Below are positions 42,424-55,644 of a stretch of 64,000 nucleotides of DNA, piece after piece. This DNA comes from Octopus vulgaris. Lineage: Eukaryota. The stretch is from assembly GCA_951406725.2 (NCBI GenBank), contig OX597824.1:62434001-62498000 (forward strand). Reading direction: 5' to 3'. Below the pieces are notes generated by a model. It was not told where the DNA came from. It saw only the letters and a list, made by a program, of their open reading frames with translations, and ran no database searches. A program made the translations under genes and the position numbers. Positions within the stretch are counted from its first letter, which is position 1. Each line of letters begins with the position of its first letter.

Positions 42424-42510
<87 letters not shown>

Positions 42511-45139
42511 ATATATATATAAATATATATACTTATATATGTATGCATGTATGTATGTATTATTTATGTATGTAAGTAGCTGTTTATATACAGCGCCATG
42601 TTGGACTGTTGAAATTTGCACATTTTTTCTCTCTGTTTTTTCATTCTCCCAAGGCTTACTTTTTTAAAATTCATAACCTTGAACTGATTATGATTGCTAC
42701 TAAACTTAATACGTAAAATGCTTTACATTTGAAACCTAACCTACAAATTTGGTAAAATATAAATGTTTATTGCAGCTACATAATTTTTACTTCTGATCAG
42801 GATGTTCAAATTCGATCTACTTTTGGTCAAATCACCAATGTGTTAATACTTATTAACTTCATTTTCTTGAAAATTCCCATACGTTAAAAGTGTGAATATA
42901 TTACAGTATTGAATGCTCACAACACATTGAGTAGTTTTTGATGAAATGGAGATGAAACGGTTTTTAAATATATTGTGCCATTGGTAGCATTATTGATTAT
43001 CCCTATGAAATGTCTTCGGTATAATTATATATTTGTTTTGTTTTGTTTTTTTTTGATTTATCAAATTTGCTTTTGTGCTGCAAATGCTCACTGTCAATCA
43101 TATTCATTGACTTTTGGGAATAATGCAATCCGCACTTTATACAGTCTGAACATATCTTTTAAAATTTCTTCCAGATTTTTTTAATTTTATGTGATGGTAA
43201 AAATCATCGTTTCCAATATTATAGAATTTACAAAAAATCAAAGACAACCGAATATCCATCATAACCTATGTTATAATGATAAAAGCAGATTGTAAAAATT
43301 TATCGATTTAACATAGTTTCTTGAATTATGTATGCAATTCGTATATCAATGATACGGGTACTTTAAAAAAATAATAAAATCTTTACTAAAAAAAATTCTG
43401 TTTTCTGCATCAGCAAAACGTAAAATAGATCAATTGTGAAGACTTATATCATAAGCAATGTTATAATGAGGTGTAGGATTCTGGTAATTGAGTATACATG
43501 TTTTATATTTTACGGAGTCTAAAATATACATACAGGATCGTGAAATATGGAGGAAGAATAATACACGAATATTAGCTGTATCATAAGATTAAATTATTAT
43601 TATTATTTTTTTATTTAGAGATATAAAGATCAGGAATTGGTTGCCGAATAATAGATCGTAAATTAATCTGCTGTACATATCAAATGCACCCACCAGTTTC
43701 ACATTCGTCAAATCTACCATCCTAAATGCATCACCCTAAATATTTCCATTAGTTAAGTCTCACTAATTTTTTTTAGTATTAGCTTCTGGTTCAAATTTAA
43801 CACACGGTCCTCCATATCGTTCAAATTGAATACAAACATAGATGAGAGTGATATAAATTAGACACTAAGGTTTTTCATATTTCTCTGAAAAAATTGTAGT
43901 TTCTATTTTAGGCACAAGGCAGTGCAATTTTGAAGATTATATAAACTGTAGTACTTGATTACATCTTTATTTCAACGTTGTTGAAATGATGAAAGATGGA
44001 GTGGATCTCAGGCTAATTTAGATTCATTGCTAAATAAGTAATTATAAACTTAGAAAAATTCAGATATGTTTCAGCCAAAGTTCGCACAATCTATGTATAA
44101 CTTAATACACCACCTGATACTTGATAGACATTTTTAAGTATTGTGATAGCATATTCCACTCAGGAAGGGATTGTTGATTGAGTTTTATCTAAGTGTTAAT
44201 ATGTCTCGTAAATCTGTAAGAAATTTCTCCAGATATCGTTCGAAGTTTATAAAATCTTTTAAGCTCTTTGGTTTGTTCTTGTGATAATATTAAATATAGC
44301 AGGGTCTGTTTAGGAGAAGTGCGTGTATTACAATGTGATTAGTTGTTGTAATAATGGTTTGTTTAAAAATATTGTTTCCAATTCAACGGCAAATGCTGGA
44401 ACATTAGGCTATCTGATGTTTCCTAAATATCTGAGACTTCCAAATTCAGTTTATTTTGAAGTTTATCACTACTACGATAATTTGTGTGAGAAACACGTAT
44501 GTTCTATATATTTTCCATTTTACTTTCATTTCATTAACCCTGTCCCACTGAATTAATGTAACTAGATACTCGATACCTCTTGCCTAACTTTGCTAATTAA
44601 TATGAGCACGTTTTCTATAGTGAAGAGCAAAACAGTATGTCTTTTTGTTGGTTTCATTTTATTGACAAAATCAATGTAATTTTCCAAATTTGCCCTTTCA
44701 TACATTGTAAATATAAAGAATGAATATTTTGTGCATATTAGGATTTGAACCGCTGATGCAAGAATGTGGTCATCTAATGAGATAGATTTCTTTATTTGCA
44801 TTAACTTGTGAATATACGTTTGTATTCTATAATGTTGATCATACATATTTCTCCAGTCATGTACGTATATTTTGTTTTGTAATGCAATTAGTGCAACATG
44901 AAAACTTTGAGGAAAAGGCCCTAAAGTATAGAAGTCATTTGATTGAAGAAATCTTCATTCATTACTCCTGATTTATATTTTATATAATATTCACTGAAAA
45001 ATATATCACTCGGGTTTTCTTGATTTTTAGTTACACAGATCATTTACATTACGCTGTTTTACAACTGATTACTATGTAGACTTATAACGGACTCCTTAGG
45101 AGGATTTTAATGTGACAGCCGCACAATTCTCTGAATTTC

Positions 45140-45302
45140 ATTATGTTGCTTTTGGATGTGCTTGCTTTCTAACCGCATGTTTCTGAATTTGATCCAACTA
45201 TGGGGCAACTTGAGCGATAATTTTCTACTATATCCCCGGGTCTACCAACTGACTGATGTCTTGTGAATGGATCTGGTAGACAGAAACTAAAGGAGCCTGT
45301 TC
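45140..45302 (+). mobile_element. Old CORE-like SINE
   Basis: cttgtgaatggatctggtagacagaaactaaaggagcctgt matches the 61707-62106 family. Confidence 0.7.
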
Positions 45303-45340
45303 CATACATACATATAAAACACACACACATACACACACAA

Positions 45341-45416
<76 letters not shown>

Positions 45417-45417
<1 letters not shown>

Positions 45418-46317
45418 CTAGCAAACGCATGTGTCCTTTGGACGGTTTAAGTTGCTTTGGTAGTACTTTCCCCCCAAATAATTGAATTACCGAGAATATT
45501 TATGAGTAGCACGGCAATCTATGTTTCCGATTAACCTAGGAACAGAAAATCAAATTGAAGGCCGGTTGTTGTGAGGGTCGTTGCACGTTAATGATCATTG
45601 CAAGCGATGCAAAGTAGAGCTACTGAAGTGTTTGGGGAGTAGATTACGGACAATGTCAACAAAATATAGCTGTTTTACATAAATGCGAAGTTTCTTGCCA
45701 GAAACAGCCTCATAAATGGTGTAATGAAATCGAAGGAAGAAGTTAAACTTCTCCACTGCGAGATTATTTTTTTCAACAGCAAAGGGAGCTATTTTTTTGG
45801 AGAGATAAACTAACAGAAACCCTTGTATTCTTTCTTCACACGTAGTTTGCGCATAAATTAACTGCGAATGCTGTATATAGTTACATAGGTTTGGAGTTTT
45901 CTGAAAGATATGTGTAGCTTTCGTTAGTGGAAACAAAACTCCTATTTAATATTTGATTGTTTGGGACAAATCATATGTGATTGTTTAAAAAAAGGCTAGA
46001 ACGACAATGCTAAAACGTATTTGAAACAATGAATAGCAGACGAAATATCATAATAGATGGCTAAATAAGCATTCTTAAAGTAAAGCAACGCAACGCATTG
46101 GTAGGTAAACAATGGTATGAACAAATAGAAGTGCGGGAAGGGAACATCAGCTTTCAATTAATTCAGAATAGGTAAAGGTAAGCTTGCCAAAAATTAATGC
46201 GGTTTGAATGTGGAGATTAAGATTGTTTGGTATTGGTTATTCCTTGCGTACAGTGTTTCTAGTCCAATTAATCACCGGGGCAGGTGCACAGTCAAAATAA
46301 ATAAATAAATAGACAAA

Positions 46318-46318
<1 letters not shown>
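45417..46318 (+). mobile_element. Possible Helentron/Helitron-like element
   Basis: Begins ACTAG directly after (TA)n; ends aaataaataaatagacaaaatt. Confidence 0.3.
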
Positions 46319-46367
<49 letters not shown>

Positions 46368-46434
46368 TCACTGTCTGGACTCGAACATGGAATCTTGGGG
46401 TTAGAAGCCTGCGCGCTTAACCACTACGCCATAT
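46318..46434 (-). mobile_element. tRNA-like SINE head with (AAT)n
   Basis: Reverse complement: A box TGGCGTAGTGG, B box GTTCGAGTCC, then agtgacctg-(AAT)n. Confidence 0.85.
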
Positions 46435-46473
46435 GATGAAGGCTGGAGGGTATATCAGCCGAAATGTTGTGTT
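46434..46473 (+). ncRNA. Minimal type I hammerhead ribozyme (PLE type), 5'-truncated
   Basis: TGATGA-A-GGCTGG agggtata TCAGCC-GAAA-TGTT-gtgtt: 6-bp stem II including one G-U pair. C3 and the 5' strand of stem I are lost at the junction. Confidence 0.65.
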
Positions 46474-48289
46474 AACAACAAACAAGATGAGGACAAATAT
46501 CTGTCAAATGTAAATAAGATTAATAATGTACATAATTCCTCATCTCTTAAATATAGAACTGTATTATCAACATAACTTATTGCAAGGAAAGCATTTAACG
46601 ATTTAACAGCAAAAGAATGCGACTACATAACAAACTTTAATTGCAAAACCAGCACGCTCTATGGGCTTCCAAAAATACACAAGAGTGAAATTATCACAGA
46701 AGCTTGCAAAACGTCCACTTCAACCTGCATCACTATAACACATCCCACTGATCTCAAACTGAGACCAATAGTGGCAGGCCCAAGCTGTGAAACACACAGA
46801 CTTAGCAACTTTATCGAAATCATCCTAAAACCAATACTGAAACACATTCCAAGTATTGTAAGAGATGACCTGGACCTATTAAATCATCTCCCCAAACATA
46901 CCGATAAAAACACTTTAATCGTCTCATTTGATGTAATAAACCTTTACACTACGATTCCACATGAATATGAATGTGGAAGCCATTAAATTCTGGCTGGATA
47001 AATATCCCAATGAGATCCTGGAAAGAATAAAAAAGAATTAATCTTTGAGGCCCTCAAAATTATTCTGCAAAACGACTTTATGAATTTTAATAATAACACT
47101 TACAGACAGGTTTCAGGAACTGCAATGGGTACGAAAGTTGCCCCTACCTATGCAAACCCGGTGATGGCCTACCTGGAATCACATATATATGAAAAATCCA
47201 AATATAAGTACGGCCAGTCTTTCCACAAATACCTGTTGGAGAACTGGAAACGCTACTTAGATGATTACTTCATCCTATTGTCCCACACACTCGACCAACT
47301 TACTGACTTCAAAAACCTTATCAACAGTGTAAATAACAACATCCAATTCACAATAGAATATAGTCAGGACCAACTCCCTTTTCTTGACATTCTAATCATT
47401 AAAAAAGGCGTCAACATTGAAACTGACATCCATTACAAAGCCACTGACTCTAAGCAATACCTTCTATTCACCTCCAATCACCCAAAACACACAAGGACAA
47501 ATACATCCCCTTCAACTTAGCGAGAAGAATCTGCACAATTTTCTCAAATGATACAACACGAAATAGAAGACTCCGGGAACTAAGGGCAATTCTTGTCGAA
47601 AGACATTACCCAGCATCACTAGTGGACAACGGAATAGAACGGGCCAAATCAATTAACACTCAAGACTTACGCAAACCAAAACACATCCACAGTACAGTTA
47701 ATAGCCTCCCCTATCTCTCAACACACAGCCCAAGAAATGCAGAAGCTTACACTATTATATACAACATTCCACAGCTAAATCTAGAGCCACGCCTAAAAAA
47801 TTACTGGCAGCTCATAAAATAATAAAAAGTAGGAGACAACCTAAATCCCTAAAAAACCTCTTCACCAACGCAAAATTACACAACACAAACCCGCCACCCA
47901 CCGTCAAAAAATGTGGTCGTCCCAACTACAGGACTTTCATCCACCTCATTGAGGGATCGACGTACAAGTTCCAGTCAGGACACACCTTCATCATAAAAAT
48001 TTCACCTGCGCATCAAAAAATTTACTTTACGACATAAGGTGTGAAGGGTTCCACAAAGACTACATAGGGAAAACGAGGTTTACCCTCAGAGAAAGGATGA
48101 CAGTTCACCGCCAACAACTGAGGGACCCCTCCACAAGACAGATACCACTACGTGGACACAATAAGTCCCCCGAATTCTTAGTTTCCACACTATACCAATG
48201 CCCGGACAACACCACAGACCAAACAAGAATAAATAGGGAAAATAATATTATTCAAAAATACAGACCACAAGTAAACATACTTTAACATA

Positions 48290-49310
48290 CCCCCCAGGCA
48301 CACATCCAAAACAAACACACAAAGACACACACACTCGCACCATATATACGCACACAAACAAACACGTATTCAATACCAACACACACAAAACGCATAAACA
48401 CACACGCCACACAGACAAACCCAACACACATGGACACACATACACACACTAGCACACACGCAACACACTAACAAACATTAACCACACACATACACAACAC
48501 ACACACACACAAACGGGCACACACACAACACCAAGACAATCACACACATGATTGACAAACGGGCACACATATATACACAGTCCATCCTACCAAATTTCTA
48601 AAAAAAAGATATATCTATTTACACTACAATGGACCATGGGACCATTCAAGAACAGCCGACACACAAACACATGTATACATATACATACACAAAGACACAT
48701 ACACTCACACCACATATACGCACGCACACAAACACATACTCAATGCCAACACACGCAAAAGGCATATACATACACACGCCAAACCGATACATCCAACAGA
48801 CATGGACACACATACGAACAAACACATGCACACTAACGCACACGCAACACACTAACAAACATTAACCACACACACACACACACACACAAACAGGCACACA
48901 TATATACACACACCATCCTACCAAATTTTAAAAATCACACATCTATGTACACCACAATGGACCCTGGGACCAATCAAAAACAACCTACAAACACACAAAT
49001 ACATGTATACATATATATACACACACACAAAGACACACAAACTCACACCATTCTGACCTCCATACAGACACACATATACACACGCAGCACCATGCCAAAT
49101 GCCATCCACGCACATACATACATACACACACGCACACAACACCAAGAAAACACACACACGGTTGACAAACGGGCACAAATATACACACAGCATCCTACCA
49201 GATTTTACAAACACACATACACATCTATTCACACCATATATATATATATACACACACACAAAGACACACACACTCACACCATCCTGACCTCTAAAGCCAA
49301 TCCCCCAAAT
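48290..49310 (+). repeat. Higher-order CA-rich repeat, ~280-330-bp units
   Basis: Anchor ggcaca.atatatacaca..catcctacca recurs at ~48562, ~48893 and ~49172. Confidence 0.75.
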
Positions 49311-49495
49311 TATTGATGCTTGAAGGAGGGACAAAAAAGATAAATTCTTTTCAGTTCCACATTACTCCTCCTTCCCCCCACCCAAATATACCTACAGTGT
49401 CCCTTGAAATAGATAATATTCTTTTACGTTAACATGGTGAACAGGTCAGTTTTAGCTTTCCTACTATTATAATGTAAACCTTTTTGAACTCATAA

Positions 49496-49917
49496 TTTTC
49501 TGTGCGTGTATACTAATATTCCACTGAACTTTTTAATAATTCCTTCTGGAAATTATCTTGAGAATGTATAATAAATTTGTTGTAATCTTTTTTGCCCAAT
49601 ATTTCAATGAATTTATTAAACCTTTTTATGTTCTCAACATGCGCTTGTCACCAAAGAATGTGTACGTATGTATTGTAGTACTCTGTGTCAACCAATATTC
49701 TGTGCGTGTTTGAATATACAGATACAATACCAATATCGATATCCCACTGAACTTTTTAATAATTCCTTTTGGAAACTATCTTAAACATGTTCTTGAGAAT
49801 GATTATTTATGTTGTAATCTTTTGTGCCCAATATTCTAAGGAACTTTTCTATGTCCTTAAAATGTCCTTGTTACCAAAGACTGTATATATGTAATGTAGC
49901 AATTTGTAACAACCAAT
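49496..49917 (+). repeat. Diverged tandem duplication (~200/220 bp)
   Basis: ttctgtgcgtgt...ccactgaactttttaataattcctt...caaccaat occurs twice. Confidence 0.85.
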
Positions 49918-50016
49918 AATTAACGCAACCAAACTTCTACATGTTACTTTAGAAAATTTTACTACCAGTGGCCTAGCGTATAGAAAAATTAGACTATATA
50001 TAACTCATACAAAATA

Positions 50017-50566
50017 CAGTGTACATTTCAACACATTAAGATGTTTCCATCATTGTTCTCCCTTACGCTAGAAGGAACAGCTTAGGTCCAAACCACTAAT
50101 TAAGGATAAAATCTTGAAGGGAATGAATAATAAAAACATTTACCATCTATTTCATGGATTAAACATATAAGCACGAGGTCAATCCAGCATGTGCCTCTTG
50201 CTTATACATTATAATTTTTGAAATCCACCGCGCAAGCACAGTTTTTTGTCGGTAGCAACAAAAAAAAACAGCGCTTGCCCGGTGTATTTCAAAGATTAAA
50301 ATGTATAAGGAAGAGGCACATGCTGGATTTGCCTCTTGCTTATATGTTTAATCTTGGCGTACCTATTGACGAAGACTTCGCCTTGCAAATTATTTTTTTT
50401 GCTAAAAAGATCTGAAACCATAGTCCAGGAAATAGACGGTAAATGTTTTTTATTTTTCCATCCCTTCGAGGTTTTATACTTAATTAATGGTTTCGACTTT
50501 AGTTGTTTCTTCTAGCGTACTGGAGTCCTACGATGGATATCTGTTAATGTGTTTAAATGTACACTG
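50017..50566. mobile_element. Palindromic Tc1/mariner-type MITE (550 bp)
   Basis: TA-CAGTGTACATTT...AAATGTACACTG-TA. Arms 50017-50160 vs 50422-50566 and 50157-50249 vs 50258-50353; 8-nt loop. Confidence 0.85.
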
Positions 50567-50794
50567 TATTTTATACATACATACATTTATTTATATATAT
50601 ATATATATTTAAACATAATAAAATAGGGTAATAATAAATTACTATTACCGGTGGCCTAACACAAAAAACGAATTAGTCATTAGACTATATATTATTCATA
50701 TAGAAATACAATAAGAAGCTTCCAAGAGGCTTCTACTGCTCTTTCTAGCACAACGCATTCCTATTTGGAAGCCTCTTATTGTATATATATATAC

Positions 50795-50918
<124 letters not shown>

Positions 50919-51094
50919 GTGTGTTTGTGTATGTTGAAAAGATATGGAGTTGAATTAAGAAAAGAATATTCTTTGTTACTTTTATATCTAAATGCGTGTA
51001 AATAGTTATGCGATACATTATGGAGGGATGCTTAAAGGGAGAACAAGGAATAATTAGAAAGAAAAAAGAAAAGACAAGAAGGACAATAGGACAG

Positions 51095-51096
51095 GA

Positions 51097-51147
<51 letters not shown>

Positions 51148-52870
51148 GGAACCTTTTCTGGAATGGTTAAAATTGTATAGTTTGGTCTCTTGTCAAGCTA
51201 CACGGCAGTAAAACGTGTCCTCCCCTGGAATGGTTGTAGCTGATGACAATTCAATGACTGAATTTTCCTTTAGCAACATGTCAGTTGTTATGTTCTCTAT
51301 CTGTAAAGTTGTTTTTTTTATAAATGTGTGTGTATAAGCGTATGTGTATGAGAGAGTGTGTATGTTGTATGTCGGTTGTTTAATTGATTCGTTTCTGTTA
51401 TTTTAGTAAGAGTAATGAGAACATTTTAATAAAAATTTCTCATGTGTTCATGGATATATTGTTTTCTTGTATTATACGATTAGTTTAGATAACACTTTCT
51501 TGGTTAAATGTAGATGCATTGCTTCCCATTACTCTGGTTCATCCCTTGGGCATTTCTAAAAGAGAATGGTCTTGAATCTGCTCTTTTCACAAATTTCCAG
51601 ATGCTTACTCAGCGGAATTTTGCGTAGTTCCTTTTGTGTCGTGCGGATTCTTGCACGTTGGCAGTGAAATTGTTGTTTTGGCCAATATAATATTCCTTGC
51701 AATCGCAACCGGTTATGCTACAGTATATGAGACTCTATGTCTTGTAGTTCATATCTGTATTTACTTGGGAGTAAAATACACATTTAGTTTCATTTGTGAA
51801 CCAGTTTCCAAATATGTGTTGTAGTAGTAGTAGCAGCAGCAGTAAGATTAGTAGTAGTAGTAGTAGTAGTAGTAGTTGTTGTTGTTTTTATTGTTGCTGT
51901 TTTTGTTACAATTCCGCATCTATTATTTCCATAGTCATACATAGAGAATTCTGATATATCCTCTGATATGAGTTTTGCCTTAGTGAGATATTTTTTCTAG
52001 ATATTTTGGGTGACGTTTACAGTTTTTGTAACGCTTACTACAATAGTTTTGTATGAGTGTCAGTAGTTTTTTTCTTATAATGTGGATATCGTTGGTCACT
52101 GCTGGATTATATGCGTTGATAAATGGGATAATATTTTCTTAAATTTTCTTTTTCCTAAGAGTGCTCAATTGTGTGACGTCCAGTTTCTTCATCTTTATAT
52201 TTTTATCATTTCGAGAAGTAATTCTCTTTCTTTAGGTAGCTTGGAGTTGATTGAGTCGAATTTAACGTATTTTCGGATCAACTAGTATTGCATAGATACC
52301 TCTTACCATATTATATGGAATATTTCTTGTGATGTGAGAAGGATGGCAAGAGTAGAAGTTCAGGTATTGATGAATGTTTTGTTGTAAAATATATCGGCTG
52401 TTACTATGAAATCCCGTGTTTTTTAAGTGAACGTCTAGGAATAGTAAGTCTCTATGATTGGTTTGTTTCATGAGTTTGATAGATGGACGAAAGTTGTTTG
52501 GGAAGTTATCGAATATTCGTAGATCATTATTTGATTTCTCCCCCAACATAAAGTAATCATCGAGGAGGCTTTTGAATGAGATACTTCTTGAAGTTTTGGT
52601 CAAAAATCTTCTTTGTCGTAAATTTTTCTTCTACAAAAAAAAAACACTGACTAATACGAAATCGACAACTTGAATTGTCATCAACTACAGCCATTCCAGG
52701 AAAGGGCCCTTTCTACTATTGGGTAGCATGACAATTGACCAAAGAACACAATACACTTTCAACTATTCTAGAAAAGACCCTTTTCTTTATTTATTTCTTG
52801 GTTTCTTTCTTCCCTCCTTTCTTTCTTTATATATCTCTCTCTCTCTTTCTTTCTTTCTTTCTTCCTTTCT
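51095..52870 (-). mobile_element. Neptune-like PLE, 5'-truncated, with inverted pLTR-like ends
   Basis: ORF 52262-52603 (LLDDYF, LLFLDV, HQYLNFYSCHPSH..RNIPY). EYYIGQ and RKIPLSKHLEIC at ~51590-51700. 51146-51254 is an inverted copy of 52670-52783. Confidence 0.8.
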
Positions 52871-53059
52871 TATTTGTATTCGCTTTCATTTCTGTTTCTT
52901 TTCTTCCTTCCCGGTTTTCATCTTTTCTTTGGTTTTTATCCCTTTCTTCCCACCCCAACCAAAGTACCACAATTTCACCACACAAGTTTGCACACATATA
53001 ACGCAAATAGCGGGTAGCGCACGAGAAACGTTGCCCAGTTTCCGTAGTAAAGTGTAAAC

Positions 53060-53580
53060 ACTCACCATCATAGGATATTTTGAATTGATACCCTGTGGCA
53101 TTGAAATACACAACTTTGCACATCTAACCATATTTAGACATCCCCAGTTTCAACATTAGCCTTTCAACACCCTTTAACATGACTTCACGCATACGTGAGA
53201 CTGCTGTGCAAATTGTGACTTCTCCGAGTAATCGTTCGGCTAATATCCTGGAAAGCTGTCGGTTTTTTAACAGTAAGGTCTCTTTGTTTTTCGGTTGACG
53301 TGCACTGAGCCGCTGCGTAGCGCTTCTTAATTAACATTTGAGTCATACTCTTCACCGGTAAGCCTATCCCCAGAAACTTGTCTTCAAAAATTTCACACGT
53401 TTGCTTAACTGAACCCGCTCTCAAATATGCCTCCACAGTCTCCACATTTTCCGCTATCGAGTTCATCATCCCGAAGAAAAGGATAGAGATGTTCACTCAG
53501 TGCAATCCTACTTTCATCTAATGTGGTGAGAATAACATAACAAACAGCGGATTAGAGTGCCATCTTTGTGAAAGAGTTAC
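53060..53580 (-). mobile_element. maT/Tc1-mariner transposase N-terminal (DUF4817-like HTH) remnant
   Basis: ORF 53185-53496: VETVEAYLRAGSVKQTCEIFEDKF....PVKSMTQMLIKK. Confidence 0.6.
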
Positions 53581-53672
53581 AAGCAGTTGGAATAATATAA
53601 TGACACTTGTAAACAATAAACAGGGTGTTTTCTTGTGTGCACATTTATTTCAGTATTTACTTTACGCCACGG

Positions 53673-53707
<35 letters not shown>

Positions 53708-53708
53708 G

Positions 53709-53802
<94 letters not shown>

Positions 53803-54261
53803 TAGATATACATTCACACATGCGCGCACTCACACACAAATGCCCACACACATACTAATACTCACGCACGCGCGCACCCCCACGTACACATACATATACC
53901 TATGTAGTATGTGTACTTGCATACTTTGATATAATTGTTGGATCTCACGTAATGTTTTCCTAACTGAGTAATAAGAAAACAAGCAATAACATCTTATATG
54001 TCATGAAGTCAAATCAAAACGATATTTCTAATTACTTTTTAATTCCCATATACCCAACAAACACATAACTTCTTCCCTCATCTCAAATATCCAATCATTT
54101 ATTATCTCTGCTTATAAAACTGTCAATTTGCACGTGCATATATGTGAGTGTTCTTATATCTGTATCCGTTGGTATCCATGATTATATGAATTTGGTTTAT
54201 TCATACTGTATTGCCCTAATTTCTTTAGTTACGAACAATACATCATGTTTTATATTCACTC

Positions 54262-54316
<55 letters not shown>

Positions 54317-55050
54317 ATTTCTCCATTTCTTCGAAATTAAGAGAAAGATTTGTAGTTTCATTTTTATTGAAAGTTTTGACACTCATTCCATTACAAAGCA
54401 TTTTATTTGATCTAAATATAATTATAATTCACTGTCTCGCAACGGCATTTAACCTCCACGAATCTCACACATTCACTCACCTCTTGTCATTTTCTATTTA
54501 TTCTAAGACTACCAACTCGAGAACAAACGAAAACTCATTGTATTTTGTTATATATGATGTATATATATAGAAAGAAAAGGAGTATGAACATGAAAGCAAA
54601 ACACCTAGCAGCAGAATTTAACTTTGTGAGAAAGGCCAACTGGTTAATTGGGAATAAAGTCACATTTAATAATGTTCAAAGAGTGCGAGAAAATATGCTG
54701 GAATTCATCAAAGGAGAGACACATCAAAACATTACAAGCAAGTTTCAACGTCGAAAAAAAGATAAACAATGATAAGTTAAAAGCAAAAATCATTAGATTA
54801 TAAAGAACAGTGAGAAAGAAAACAATCAAAGTTCTATTGGACATGCTCAGTACAAAAATATCGGAAACAATAGTACTTATTTACAAGTCATACAGACTCA
54901 TGCAACTACACACTAACTAAGACTATTAATTTATGTTTCATTTAACAATACCGGAGCTTTCACCACTACTGTTTACTCATGTAATCAACGCATTGACTCC
55001 GCATATAGATATCTGCACATGCTGATGTAGGCATGTGTTTGTGTGTATTC

Positions 55051-55110
<60 letters not shown>

Positions 55111-55300
55111 GTATATATGCATATATATCTATGTATACCCACACATATGTATATATGTATGAATGTATGCATGTATGTAGGTCGGTAGGTAAGTATGTAG
55201 GTAGGTATGTGTGTATGTATGTGTATATATGTCTATTTATTATATGTCTGTGTGTATGTGTATGCATATCTATATCTATATATCTATATATATCTATCTA

Positions 55301-55342
<42 letters not shown>

Positions 55343-55350
55343 CACAAACA

Positions 55351-55588
55351 CACACCGAAGATATCACCCATATCATAACCAGTTGCCCGGAAATGTTATC
55401 CGGATATAACCTACCGATGAGACATGATGCATTAGCTAAGACACTCTATAGTGAAATGCGTCGGAAGGATAACCACAAGGACAAAGAAATAATAACACAC
55501 AGCATGGTATAAGCCATAGCCACTCATAATAAAAAAAAATTATTGTCGAATGTCCCAATGAAGACCTCAAGTAAATGTATGCGCAACA
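55351..55588 (+). mobile_element. Isolated internal fragment of LINE family C
   Basis: Diverged copy of 57847-58076 ([14 protein letters not shown]), bounded by CA/TA microsatellites. Confidence 0.85.
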
Positions 55589-55600
55589 CACACACGCACA

Positions 55601-55642
<42 letters not shown>

Positions 55643-55644
55643 TA

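Larger units (their letters stand above)
46562..50010 (+). mobile_element. Penelope-like element, Neptune-like (RT + GIY-YIG), 5'-truncated and frameshifted
   Basis: LYGLPKIHK, LRPIVA, IVSFDVINLYTTIPH, GTAMGTKVAPTYAN, WKRYLDD, LPFLDI, QYLLFTSNHP. Linker KCGRPN; endonuclease FTCASKNLLY.IRC....DYIGKT...LRERMTVHR; stop at 48285. A CA-rich putative 3'UTR follows; 3' limit uncertain. Confidence 0.9.

Noticed and set aside
45595-45936. 113-aa ORF with faint Pif1-helicase-like HSQLIYA
   Set aside because: Similarity too weak to call without a search.
46361-46434. Functional tRNA gene
   Set aside because: A and B boxes are present but there is no proper acceptor stem or oligo-T terminator; it runs into (AAT)n, so it is a SINE-type head.
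46434-46561. Hammerhead segment as the pLTR of the adjacent Neptune element
   Set aside because: I found no copy in that element's 3' region; the match is to 22793-22907 instead.
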